NCBI GenBank assembly: GCA_013265495.1
Contig: MU058423.1
Location: 1,067,061 to 1,131,060, forward strand
DNA length: 64,000 nucleotides
DNA from: Vicugna vicugna
Lineage: Eukaryota
Direction of reading: 5' to 3'
Shown here piece by piece: positions 1 to 11,920 of the stretch. Position numbers and translations under genes: made by a program. Each line of letters opens with the position of its first letter. The first letter of the stretch is position 1. The notes under the pieces were generated by a model that did not search any database, was not told the DNA's origin, and saw nothing but the letters and a program-made list of their open reading frames with translations.

Positions 1-2057
1 ACAAAAAACTTGTTCCCAAACACCAAAAGTTTAGTCTGTAAGAGCAGACACTGTCATTTCCGAGGTCACACAGAAAGTGAACAAAGGCTTTTGTAGAGTT
101 TTAATATGCAACTGAATAATACTCAGGGATTCCAGTTTACTTTTAAGACAAGTACCCATGGTTGGCCTCAGAGGGTCCCTGAAACTGAATGCAAAATTTT
201 GTCATAAATGTCTCTAAACTTCTTCCCTGAGAGAGTCTATACATTTCATTATACTCTCAAAAGTGTCGGTGGCCCAGAAAAGGTTAATAATTACTATTTT
301 ATATATTGGAAATGAAATGCAATATTCTAATATGCAAAAGGATAAAGATATATATAAAAGGATAGAAAATATATCATATCTAGACACATCTTTGTAATAA
401 TTCAATTCATTCAAGAAATACCAAATGTCTACCATGTGCTGGGCACTGTATGAGCCTCAGTACCTTACACCTAATCATATTTTGCAGTATATAATTGAAA
501 ATACTGAGGAAACAAGCTTCACTGAAACACCAGACTAAAAAAGAATTTCAACCAACACAATTATAACTTCAAAACAGAAAGCAAGTGTTACAGGAAATCA
601 TAATAAAGACAGAAAGGAGCTCGGGACCTGATTTAGTGCTTATTATGTCAAAATACTTCACATATCAATTACATCAAAAGAAAAGAAAAACTATACACAC
701 ACATGCCCACCCCCATACACTCTGACAGGAAACCAAAATAAAGTTTCCAAATCCTGTTTCCAACAGCATCCCTTCTGAGACTGCCGTTCGGCATGCTTTT
801 GAAGGCAGGAGTCTCACGTTAAACCAAAAGCTGATACTTCACTCTAAGTGTGATAAAAACAGAAAGAATCATCATCTCACACTCTGGAAGCAAAAAAAAA
901 AAAAAACTGTGGCTACCTGTTACGGCTGTGACCCATTAACCTCCTGCCCTGTTATTCCCTGTCATTTCTTATATCCTCCTTCCTTTAAAGCAATGACAAA
1001 ACGATCTTCCCTCCCAAAAAGGAATACATTGACTCCTCAACGCTAGTTCTTTTTCCAAGGGGTCAAAAGGTCCCCTAAACTCTGGTTCTAAGCCCTGTGA
1101 GTTGATTCCATTTTTCAGGCACAACCGTCTTCCCCCCACCTTCTCCCCAGAGCAGTAAATTACACAATTCAGCCGAAGACAGTGTCCTTAACTTCCTGAG
1201 CGAGGGGGCAAGCGACACTCCCAGTCCCAATTTGAAGGAAGACAAGAATCACACGGTGACCTCTTCCCTAACAAAATTCAGGGAAGAAGCAGAGACCCAA
1301 GAAAAGCAACGCTGAAAAGGCGAACACATGGCAAGCCACGGAAGACATGGGGTAAAGAGGGCGGGAAAGGGGCTGGGAGGTGGAGTGGGGTATAGATATG
1401 TCAGCTCTAGGTACTGAGGGGAATAAAGGAAAGAATGGGAGACCCTGAACCCCGACAGAAGTGAACACAGAAAGGACACCGCTGCCACCTACCCACACCT
1501 TTCCAGCAGACGAGTGAGGACAGAAAATTCACCCAACCCTCCAACCCCGTCTTCGCTTGCCCCGCAAAGGGTGATGTGGGTTTGAAAGATCTGACCCCAT
1601 CAGGGAACACGCAAGAAGAAAAATGCAGCGATGTCCAATCTTCTACCGCCCTCCGGCAGTGAGGGGCGAGGGCACCATGTCCGGGGAGACGGCGAGGGAA
1701 ATGGGCTTGTGCCATGACACCTCGGGGAGTTGGAGGGTGGGGGACACAATGTCCTCTTTCTCTCCCACACCCGGCCCGGGCCCCTCCCGTCCCTCGCCCG
1801 CAGGCCCAGCCACAGTCGACCGGCTCGGTCCGCGGGCGTGGTTGGCTCTGGCCCCGGCGGCGGCCAGGCCTCCCCAAGCCCTGGCCCCTCCCGCCGGCCA
1901 GGCCCCCGGGCCGCCGCCCCGGACACCGAGGGAACGCGGAGGAAGAAGGGAGAGCCAGGGGACTGACCGGCGACAGGAGCCGCCTCAGCCCCGGCTCGGC
2001 AGACCCGCGCCCCCTGCTCCCTCTGGGGCCGGCTCCGGCTCCCCGCCCCTCACTCAC

Positions 2058-2210
2058 CCCCCCGGTCCGGCGCCTCCTCCACCTCCTCCTCCTCCTCCTC
2101 CCTCTTCTCGGCCGTGGCTCCTACTCCGGCTCTGCGCGGCGACGGCGGCAGCGGCGGCCTCGAGAGCGGCGGCGGCGGCGCCTCCAGAACGCGCACGCAC
2201 GCAGCACGCA
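2058..2210 (-). other. RAP1A: Non-coding first exon (5' UTR) of RAP1A, the small GTPase Rap-1A; intron 1 continues off the left edge
   Basis: The minus strand reads ...gtcgccgcgcagagccggagtaggagccacggccgagaagagggaggaggaggaggaggaggtggaggaggcgccggaccgggggg|GTGAGT, with a consensus donor (GT at 2057-2056). This matches the human RAP1A 5' UTR as I recall it. Synteny agrees, with a TMIGD3-like exon on the opposite strand at 47.8 kb. TSS position is approximate. Confidence 0.8.
2074..2101 (-). repeat. Interrupted (GGA)n trinucleotide tract in the RAP1A 5' UTR
   Basis: cctcctccacctcctcctcctcctcctccc on the plus strand. Confidence 0.9.
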
Positions 2211-2469
2211 GGCCCCGCCCCCCTAGTTCCGCCCCGCCCCTCCGAGTCGGCGTCGGCGAGGTTTCGGCCCCGCCTTACCCGCGGCGGTCAGGAGTCCGCT
2301 TAAAGGGGCCGCGCAGAAAGGCGTGGGAGAGCTAAGAACCGAGCGGGAGGAGCGGAGAGTTGCGGCTTTGCCTTGGGCGTGGGAAGGCTGGAAATGAAAT
2401 GAGGAAGGGTCCGAAGATTCAGGAGGAATAGAATTTTGGAAGAAACGCAACCTTTCCACAAGTGCTAAC

Positions 2470-3950
2470 TGAACATCTGGTCTGTGCCAGGCACTGTTCT
2501 AGGCGCAGGGAATAATGCCTTTGGCAAGGCAAGGCCCCCCTGAAACTTGCATTCTAGTGGGAGAGAGGAGATAGAATACAAACAAGTAAACAAAAGTTTC
2601 AGAAAGTGATATAAAGTCAGGAATAGGGTGACTTTAGAGCTGGGGTGGGGGGGCAGGGGGAACGGTGGACAGCCTTTCCAAGCTGAAAGAAAATCAGCCA
2701 TAAGCTCTGAGGTGGGAATAACCTGGCATGTTGCAGAAACAACGAAAGGCCATTGTGGCTGTGTGTAGTCAGCCGGCCAGGGAGCAGTGGTAGTTAGGCT
2801 GAAGAGGTGGGGAAGAGGTCAGATCCTATGGAGGCTTATGGGCTGTTATAAGAGCAACAGAAAGCCATGGGAGAGTGAGCAGAGAGGAATGACTGCATCT
2901 GATTCACATTCTAAAAAGTTACTCTTGCTAACGTGTGAAATACACAACAGGGAAGAACAGACGTCCTCAGGGAGACCATTAAGGAGACAGCTTGTGGTAG
3001 CTTGGGCTAGGGTGGGAGCAGAGAAGAGAACTATTCAGATACACTTTGAATTCAAATGGATTTGGCAGAGAGTGTGCGAAGGAACAAAAAGATTATGTAT
3101 GATTCTTAGGTTCAGGGCCTAAAGAAAGGATGGGTTAATGGTGATACTATTTAATAGCATGAAGAAGACTTAAAGAGGAGAAAATATGGGGCTGGGGAGA
3201 GTCAGGAATTCTGTTTTGCATATGTTACATAAGGTGCTTGTTCTACATCCAAGTCAAGATGTTGAGTAAACTGTTGGATATATGAGTCTGAAGGTACGAA
3301 TTTCGGATTCATCAGCACATAGGTGCTTTTTAAGCCTTAGGTCCACATAAATTCACTTAGGGGGAGAGTAGCTGGAGAAGAGGACAAAGATGAACTCCAA
3401 CATTTGGAGATTCCATATAGTAGAAGGAGCTACCAGGTAGGAGGAACACCAGGAGAGGGTGGAGTGTTGGAAGATAAGAGAATTGTTTCAGGAAGGTGGG
3501 AGTGATCAGTCTTATCAAATGCTGTTGAAATAAGTAAGATGAAGACTGAGAGTTTGAACACTGCATTTGACCTGATGAAGGTTTCTGATGTCCTTGAGGA
3601 AAGCTGTTTCAATGGAGTCAGTGGGGAGAAAGTCTGATGAGGTTGCGTTAACAAGAGATGGGAGGTGAGGAAGAGTGGTGTATAGCAAGTATGAACAGCT
3701 TTTGAGCTTTGCTGTAGAGAACAACTGAGAAAGAGGAGTGCTTGGGGTTAAGAGAGGGTATTTTAAACATGGGGGATGTTTCCTCTTGTTGATATGCTGG
3801 AATGATCCTTTAGACAGGTAAAGGTGATGGTGCAGAAGATAAGAGGAGACAGCTGGAGAAAGCTTGTCCTCCAGTAGGTGAGAAGCAATGGGACTAGCAT
3901 AGGAGTGAGGGAGATGACCTTGGATAGAGGCCAGGACAGTATATTCACAC
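2470..3950 (-). mobile_element. Degenerate L2 LINE fragments
   Basis: Starts with the reverse-complement L2 3' end (tgtgccaggcactgttctaggc), followed by typical purine-rich L2 body (agagaattgtttcaggaaggtgggagtgatcag...aatgctgttga). Confidence 0.6.
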
Positions 3951-4176
3951 ACTGTTTTTGAAGAGAGGGCAAAATCTGTGGGTTCAAGTGCGGGTAGGTC
4001 AGGTAGTTCATTGGGTGGTGGCATGTTCAGGCCACTGCGGAGCAGAAAGAGACAGACGGGGGCTGAAATCCAGCCCCTGTTCTGTCAACCAAGCTTTGAG
4101 GCCACATCAATCTGGAGGAAGGGGCACCATTTCTAATTAATTGCTCAACCTGGAGAGGTGTTAGCAGTCCTCCACA

Positions 4177-4201
4177 ACACACACACACACACACACACAC
4201 A
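4177..4201. repeat. (CA)n microsatellite
   Basis: Direct observation. Confidence 0.95.
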
Positions 4202-5228
4202 CTCACTTTGTGTACTTTTTCAAATTTGCACCAAATACTCTTTGTGCTGACTGCTTGATGATCAGGGCTGTGTGTTTTTCTTCCTTCTATGCAGTAGAAA
4301 GCTGTGATTGGGGAGGGGCTATTGGCTATTACAGGAGATAGGAGAAGGTGAGAAAAAATTCCCTTGAAGAGCCGAACAGTTACTAGAGAAGTGTGGTATG
4401 GACAAGGCTGAGGGCCCTCTTGAGTTGGCGGTCCTATATTTAAAGTGAGACCACTCAGCAGGGTCGTGTGGTTTTTCTCCAGCCGCATTCCATTCCTTGG
4501 GTGCATAGAAGGAGGGGTGGACTCAGCCAGGGCTGGGTTTTGCTGATGAAACACAATGAGAAGGGGAGGGGTATAAGCCAGGGAATGGTTATCGCGATAG
4601 ACCTTGGAATCTAAGCTGGGAGGAAGGAGGGGGTAAGTAAAAAATTAGTGGGATTAAGGGTTTGGTGGTCCTTGTGGGAAAGAATAGTTCAAGAGGAAGC
4701 AATCAAATAAGTGAGGGCAAGGGGACTTTCCAAGGATGGAGTATGGGGAAGGGAGAGTGAGGCGACTGGGAGAGAGGAAGCCAAGGGATCTGGGAGAAAA
4801 TAGGGCCAGAGCAGAAATGAAACAGCAAGCTCTCAGGTTCCAGCCTAGTCACAGTACTTATGAGCCACTGGTCTGGGAGAGGTTGAGAGAGCAGCCCTAA
4901 TTCAGGAGAAACTGTGCACAGGAGGGGATAAGCCAGCCTGGTACTGCAGGGATCGGGGTGGGGTTGGAGGGTGAGGGGTTGTGTAGCTTTACCAGCCTTG
5001 GAAGAGCCCACTCGTCCTCTGCTTTACCCACCCGAGCATTTGCATAGATACTTTGTCCTGACTGGTGTTCAACAGAAACTAAATGACTCTTTCCTCCTAA
5101 ATCCAGTGCTTCCTCCTCCTCCGCACTTCCCTCTTCCTGCTTCTAACACTGTCTTTCTCAGTTATTCAGCCACCTTTAATCCACCTTCCCCATCCCTATA
5201 ACCCGGTTGGTCCCCAAAATGTAGCCAT

Positions 5229-5596
5229 CTGCACTGTCCAATAGAACATTCTACCATGGATAAACAGCAAGGTCCTACTGTATAGCACAGGGAACTTGTA
5301 GTAGCTTATAAGGAATATATGTATGTTTAACTGAATCTCTATGCTGTACACCAGAAGTTAACACAACATTGTAAACCAACTGTATTTCAATTAAAAAGAA
5401 ATAAAATAAACTATATGGAAAAAAAAAGAATATTCTACCACAATAGGAATTTTTTTTATCTGCATGTCCAGTAGTCACCAGTGGCTATCAAGCATTGATT
5501 GGGAACTGGATTTCAAATTTTACTTAACTTTAGTGTACTTGAATTAGATTTAAATAGCCACATGTGGCTGGGGGCTACTGTACTGGACAGACAGGT
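5229..5596. mobile_element. MER3 (hAT-Charlie MITE) interrupted by an L1 tail
   Basis: Ends ctgcactgtccaatagaac... and ...ttaaatagccacatgtggctg...tactggacag match the MER3 consensus as recalled. Confidence 0.75.
5258..5427 (+). mobile_element. 5'-truncated cetartiodactyl L1 3' end with A-rich tail
   Basis: gataaacagcaaggtcctactgtatagcacagggaac...ctatgctgtacaccagaa. Degenerate target-site duplication (TSD) agaacattctacca / agaatattctacca. Confidence 0.85.
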
Positions 5597-6432
5597 ATAG
5601 AACTTTCCTACCCAGTGTCTCTTCCATCTGCCCCCTCCTCTCTATCTCCATTGCCACTGCCCTACCTCAGGTACTGATTACCTCTGGTCTAAACTTTTGA
5701 TCTAGTTTCCTATTTGGTCTGCTGCTTAGTTGCCTTCCCTTCAGTCCATTTTGTGGTCTTGCCAGAACCATCTTTCTAAAGCCAGCTCACGACTCCACCC
5801 TATTTTCAAAATGACCAGTCATTCCCTGTCAAATTAGGTAAAAGTCCTTCCTCTGGCATTTGTGCAGTTTAGTGTCTCCACCCGCCCTTTCCCAGCCTTA
5901 CTCTGTGCTGCACCCTTACATAGACAGAGCTGGTTCTCAAGCAAAATTGAACTGCTCGCTGTTATTCCTACCAACTTTTTACAAAGGGACGAACTCCATT
6001 TCCTCAATTGTCTCTGCCTGAAACAGTGCCCCACCCCGTCCCCTCTTCCAGACTCCATATCTCTTGAAATCCTTGAAGGCCTGTCTCATATAGCAGTTCA
6101 TAAATGGAAGCTTTTCTGATTTTTCCCCTCCTCTGAAATACAGTTTCTGTTTTAACCTGAATTGTGGCACTTATATGCTGCCTTGCCATATGTCTTATGG
6201 ATTCATTTTATCCCTGTTACTAGATATTCCTCCTTGCAGCTCACTGTGTTTGAATTGTGTTAGTGCCCCTTGCAGTGTCTGTCTTGCACCTTATGTATAT
6301 GAGGTGCTCCTCAGTTAGACACTGAACTGAGTTCTACGATTTCATGGAATCTGAAAAGCATTCATGCCTCTCTCTACCTCTAAGAGTAATAATATCACTA
6401 ACCCTCAAAGAGAATGTCTTTATACTCTGGGT

Positions 6433-6943
6433 GAAACAAAAAGAAAAAGAAGCAGAAGAAGCCAAAAAGCAATTCGTTCACGGCACTCCTGTTACAAGTG
6501 AGAGTTTCTTAAGTTGGAAGGCCAAGTTGGATGCAGAACTCTAGGAAATTAAAAAGAAATGCAAGTAGAACGAGAAGGAAGAGATAAAAGTGGGAATCAG
6601 TCATTTGAAACAGATCATAATCTCGACATATCTGATATCCAGTTCTTGGAGGATGCTAGAAACAATGTGGAGGTAGACGAGTCTTTGTTCCAGGAGCTGG
6701 AGGAGGATGAGAATGATCAAAACTACAATCCTGCTGACCCAGAGAGTGACTTGACCGGCTGATGGACTGCCCCCAACTGCCAAGAGGTCTGACTATTACA
6801 GCATCTGTGGCCATGATGAGAGGGTGTTGATTTTCCTTTCTTTTTTTTCTAAGAAAAAATAATTTCCAGGAAAATATTCTTCTGATAGCTTTCATCATTG
6901 AACTTAATAAACTGACCTTAAATTTAAAACCAAAACCAAAACC
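6433..6943 (+). pseudogene. RWDD1: 5'-truncated processed pseudogene of RWDD1
   Basis: Translation KQKEKEAEEAKKQFVHGTPVTSESFLSWKAKLDAEL*...FETDHNLDISDIQFLEDARNNVEVDESLFQE...YNPADPESD matches the RWDD1 C-terminus. No introns, in-frame TAG at 6542-6544, a frameshift, 3' UTR with AATAAA at 6906-6911 and a decayed A-rich tail. Confidence 0.92.
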
Positions 6944-7840
6944 ATGAGACATACTAATATGAGATTCAAACTTTTGAAAAGAAACAGACAAACTCTATTT
7001 CTTTTCATGTTACTATTTGCTGAGAGTTTCTTCCAAATGCTTCCCAACTTTTCCAGAGTACTTTTACAACCCAGTTCTAGCTCATAATCCTAGAGAGCGT
7101 GGGTATGCTTAGAACTGGCAGGACCAGCGTAGCTACTTTGAGGGTCAATTTATGGAGAAGTCCTTTAAGAAGCATTCAGATTGTGATACAAATCAATAAA
7201 AAGAGATTTTCATCTAACAAATGTTTAGAAAACATATTTTTAGACCTTGGACTCTTAGAAACCTGTAACCAGAGAGTAGAATTACATACACTATACCCTG
7301 CAATACCAAACTTTTCCTGTTGATGCAGTGGTTTTAAGGATTTGAAGAGCAGCTATAATGTTTTACACAAAAAACAAACCTTGCACACTTTGAATCTTAC
7401 ATGTATTTATCCAACAAACCTTAACTAAGTACTTGCTACTTACCAAGCATTTATGCTCATTGCCGAGAAAGATACGCTCCCTGCCTTCAAGAAGGACCCG
7501 TGGTAAAACTATGACCTGATATTGGTGTATAATTTTACAGTTTTCAAAATGATTTCACAGTACCTAATTTAATCCTACCAACAATATCTTTAAGATAGGT
7601 ATAAATCTCATTTCGCAGTGGGAGAAACTCAGAGGGGTTACATGATCTGCGCAAAAGTACAGAGCTATTAATTGGCAAGATTTCAAAATGGAACCTAAAT
7701 CTTTAGCTGTCAAAGCATCGGTTGAATTCTGATGTAAGTTCCCTGAGGATCAGCACTTGATCTCTTTTGTTCATTGCTATATTCTCAGAGCCTAGAAAAG
7801 TTCCAGGCATATAGTAGGTTCTCAATAAATATTTCAGGAA

Positions 7841-7866
7841 TGTGTGTGTGTGTGTGTGTGTGTGTG
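7841..7866. repeat. (TG)n microsatellite
   Basis: Direct observation. Confidence 0.95.
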
Positions 7867-8049
7867 TTGTGGAGAGAGTGAGAGATAGAGTGGAGGAGGG
7901 AGAGAGAATGTAAGCCAATCTTCTAATCAATTAGCGTATTTATATATTTTAGTTAATTATTTGCTAAGCTGATTTTTTCTATATTAATACTGCTCAGAGT
8001 GTGTTCCATAGACTGGTGCTGGTCCGCAAAATTGTTTAATACCAGCTAT

Positions 8050-8306
8050 GGTCCATTGGGGCTGCTATACCAAAAAGTCACCGACTGGGTAGCTTATAAA
8101 GAACAGAAATATATTTCTTACAGTTCTGGAGGCTGAAACTGAGATCGTGTTGCCAGGATGGGCGTGATCTGGTCAAGGCTTCTTTCCAGCTGGTATGGGC
8201 ATCTTCTTTCTGTATCCTCACCTGAGGGAAGGGGCTAGGGATCTCTCTGGAGTCTCTTTTATAAGGGCACTAATTCTGTTCATGAGGACTCTGTTCTCAT
8301 GACCTA
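8050..8306 (-). mobile_element. MaLR LTR fragment (MLT1A/B-like)
   Basis: ggggctgctataccaaaa...actgggtagcttataaa...cttacagttctggaggctg...ataagggcactaat...ctcatgacctaa. Confidence 0.8.
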
Positions 8307-8307
8307 A

Positions 8308-10140
8308 GATGTTGAGCATCTTTTCACGTGTCTGTTGGTCATCTGTACATCTTCTTTGGAAAAATGTCTATTCAGATCATCTGCCAATTTTTTTTCAGAT
8401 TGTTGGTTTTTTGCTGTTGAGTTGTTTGCGTTCTTCATATGTTTTGGATATTAACTTCTTAGCAAATATGTAATTTGCCAATATTTTCTCCCATTCAGTG
8501 GGTTGCCTTTTTATTTTGTTGGTTTCCTTTGCTGTGCAGAAGCTGTTCAATTTCATGTAGTCCCACTTGTTTATTTTTGCTTTTCTTGCTCTTTTGGTGT
8601 CCGATTTTAAAAAATCATTGCCAAGACCTATATCAAGTAGCTTACCACCTATGTTTTCTTCTGTCTGTTTTTATGCCAATACGATATTGTTTTAATTGCC
8701 GTAGGTTTGTAACAGAGTTTGAAATCAGTGAGCTTGATGCCTCTAGCTTTGTTCTTCTTTCTTAATATTGCTTTACCTCTTCAGGGTCTTTTGTGGCTCC
8801 ATACAAATTTTAGGATTGTTCTACTTCTATGAAAAATGCCATTGGAATTTTGACAGGAATTTCATTGACTCTGCTGATTACTTTGGATAGTATGGACATT
8901 TAAACAATATTAATTCTTCCAATCCATGGGCCCAGAATATTTTTCCATTTATTTGTGTCTTCTTCAATTTATTTCCTTAATGTCTTGTAGTTTTCAATAA
9001 GCAGGCCTTTCATCTCCTTGATTCAATTCATTCCTGGGTATTTTATTCTTTTTGATGCAATTGTAAATAGGATTGTTTTCTCAATTTCTCTTTCTGATAG
9101 TCGTTACTAGTGTATTGAAATGCAACAGGTTTTTGAGTATTAATTTTGTATCCTACAGTATTACTGAATACATTTATTAGTTTACTGAAAACTGTTCATT
9201 AGTTCCAACAGTTTTTTTAATGGATTTTCTATATGTAATATCATGCCATTTGCAGTTAGTGACTGTTTTACTTCTTTTTTTCCAATTTAGAGGCCTTTTA
9301 TTTCTATTCTTTTCTTTCTTTCTTTTTTCTTTTTTTCCGGGAGAAGGAAGGATTTATTACTACCGGCAGCAAGTAAGGAGAACACCGGGCTGCCTTATAC
9401 TTCTTTTTCTTGCTAATTTCTCTGCCTAGAATTTCTAATACTATTGAATGAAAATGGTGAGAATGAGTATCCTTGTCTTGTGACTGATCTTTGAAGAAAA
9501 GCTTTTAGCTTTTCACCCTTGAGTATGATGTTAATTGTGGGTTTGTCATATATGACCTTTATTATGTTGAGGTATGCTTCCTCTAGGCCCAGTTTGTTAG
9601 GATTTTTATCATAAATTGATGTTGAATCTTTTCAAATGCTTTTTCTGTATATATTGAGATGATCATACAATTTTTACACTTTGTTTTGTTAACGTGGTGT
9701 ATCATGTTGACTGATTTGTGGATGTTAAACCAGTCTTGCATCCCTGGAATAAATTCCACTTGATCATGGTGTATAATCCTTTAAATGTGTTGTTCAGTTT
9801 GGTTTGCTAATGTTTTATTGAGGGTTTTTGCATCTGTGTGCATCAGAGATATTTGTCTGAATTTTTTTTTCTTGTGTTGTCCTCGTCTGGTATCAGAGTA
9901 ATGCTGGCCTTGTAAAATGAATTTGGAAGAGTTCTCTCCTCTTCTATTTTTTGGAAGAGTTTGAGAAGGACTGGTTCTTCTTTGACTGTTTGGTAGAATT
10001 CACCAGGCTCTGGTCCTGGACTTTTGTTTGTTGGAGGTTTTTGGTTACTGATTTGATTGCATTACTGATAATTGATCTGTTCAGATTTTCTCTTTCTTCG
10101 ATTCGGTCTTGATAGGTTGTGTTTCTAGGAATTTAATCAT
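8308..10140 (-). mobile_element. Old L1 ORF2/3' fragment with internal deletions
   Basis: Reverse-strand L1 hallmarks (gatgttgagcatcttttc, cttgcatccctggaataaattccacttgatcatggtg, ttggtagaattcacca). No intact ORF. Confidence 0.9.
9306..9391 (-). mobile_element. Short polyadenylated retroposed insert (probable ERV LTR R-region end) nested in L1
   Basis: Minus strand: gcccggtgttctccttacttgctgccggtagtAATAAAtccttccttctcccgg followed by an A-rich tail. Flanked by gccttttatttct (9293-9305) and gccttatacttct (9392-9404). Confidence 0.7.
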
Positions 10141-11499
10141 TCAGTTTGATACAAACCATTTTGGCTATTTGCCACCCACCTTTTCTTCCTGGATAGTCTT
10201 CACTATTTTGGAAAGAAAACACTTCATGCCTTGAAAGTGAAAGCGTCAGCAACAGATTTGAAAAAAAATTTAAACTGCTTCCCACCACAGATGCTGTGTC
10301 TACCAATCTTATGCTGTGAAGGCATTATTGCCCAGTAATTAAGCATATGGTCTTTGGAGTGAGACTATTCAGGTTTAAATGCAGGTTCAGCCACTTAACA
10401 GCCTGACCACCTTGGGCAAAATACTTAACCCCCTTCAGCCTCAGTGTTCTTTTCTGTGATATGACACTAATAAAAGCACAAAATTTCATACGGTTTTAGT
10501 AAAAATTTTAGCAATCAGGCATATAAAATGCTATTCGTAAAGCCTGGCGCATAATGACAAAATGATTTTTTATGTTATAATAAATATCTATCATTATTAT
10601 TTTAAGTTCATAAAAATGCATGCTGTTCAAAAGATTTTTTAAAAATCTTGACTTTAGAGGTAATTCTATTACCATCCAAGCTTGTAAATAGACGGTCATT
10701 TTTCAGTTATGCACGTTATTGAAAGATAATAAAGATCAGCTAATTCCAAATTCCTTTGTGTATACATACACACACACATATATACAATGCACACAAACAT
10801 ATATATAATGCATTGTGTGAACTGAGGACAATATATTTGTCTTCTAAGTGGCCAGTAAAAGCAATTTCCATTTCTCCAGCTCAGGTTATTTGCCGGTGAA
10901 AGAAGACAGTCAGGTAGATTCATGTTAGGCATTGCATAAAGTGCATTAGAGTGGAGAGTACACACACAGATAAACATGAATGTTTGTTTGGTGGTGTGCA
11001 TTGCTTATTTATATGTTTTATACAGCAGACTTTATATGCAGGGTGCCTTTCTGCTAAGGTTTCTGCTTTCTGCTAAGCCAGCTCATTCTTTTCCATTTCT
11101 TTCTGTGAACAGTCATCTGGAACTCAACCATGCCGCTCTGCAACTCCGAGAAAGAATCAAAGTTTTCTGCAGCAAGGAAGTTGGATAGGATGAGCACTAG
11201 ACAGGACACTGCTGGCCACGGAAGAGAAAGCCCCATGTAGGCAGGAGGCCAGAATGTGCCAAGGGGAAGCAAAGACTTCTCTTATCAAAAGAAAAGAGCT
11301 TGTACCTCACCGCCTTATCAAGGATAAGACTGTCTCCAGACCAACTCAGCCTTCAAAAAAATGGAGGGAAAAGGAATCCAAGAGGGCTTGCCCTAGCTTT
11401 GTGGATATGAGTTAAAATCATTTCCTATTCTGTAACAGAACTCAAGCATATGTAAACCCCAAATTAAACAGCCCACGTAGATACAGACATATGAATTTT

Positions 11500-11920
11500 T
11501 AGAAGGCAGAACAGTGTAGTTAGGGTTGTTAGGTTTAGCAAATAAAAATACAAGATGTCCAGTTAAATTTGAATTTCAGACAAACAACAAATATATTTTT
11601 AGTATAAATGTGTTCCCTGCAATATTTAGGGTTTGTTTATCTGAAATTCAGACTGAACTTGGCATCTTGTATTTTATCTGGCAATTCTAAGTGTGATTAA
11701 ACATGTAGGTTCTGGAGTCATACTGTGGGAATTCAAATTCTGACACTGCCCCTTACCAGCTGTGTGACCTTGGACATGTAACTGAACTTCCTGGAGCCTC
11801 AGTTTCTGTATATATAAAATAAGACTAGCATTTGCTTCACCGAGTTGTGAAGATTAAATAATACATAAAAATTAACAATGATAACTGACACATAGTAAAT
11901 GCTGAATAAATGATAGCTGC
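11500..11920 (+). mobile_element. MIR SINE interrupted by MER53
   Basis: MIR core tctggagtca...ccagctgtgtgaccttggac...gcctcagtttctgt...catagtaaatgctgaataaatg. Confidence 0.8.
11521..11689. mobile_element. MER53 palindromic hAT MITE
   Basis: Termini tagggttg... and ...ggcaattcta. Inverted arms aaaatacaagatgtccagttaaatttgaatttcagacaaac / gtttatctgaaattcagactgaacttggcatcttgtatttt. Degenerate 8-bp TSD agtgtagt / agtgtgat. Confidence 0.85.

Larger units (their letters stand above)
1620..2400. promoter_or_regulatory. RAP1A: CpG island / TATA-less promoter of RAP1A
   Basis: Very GC- and CpG-rich block within AT-rich DNA. Several GC boxes (CCCCGCCCC at 2041, 2213 and 2232), GGGCGTGG near 2375 and a GCGCACGCAC NRF1-like motif near 2191. 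It surrounds the first exon described next. Confidence 0.9.

Noticed and set aside
1407..2335. Long overlapping ORFs (216, 226 and 170 aa) on both strands
   Set aside because: Pro/Arg/Gly/Ala-rich low-complexity translations expected from stop-codon scarcity in a CpG island. No domain similarity, and they overlap a recognised non-coding exon and intron.
3515..4554. 169-aa and 175-aa minus-strand ORFs
   Set aside because: They lie over L2-like sequence and a (CA)n tract and show no recognisable protein features.
11590..11640. miR-1302-family microRNA from MER53
   Set aside because: The part of MER53 that yields mature miR-1302 (ttgggacatacttat..., as recalled) is deleted in this copy.
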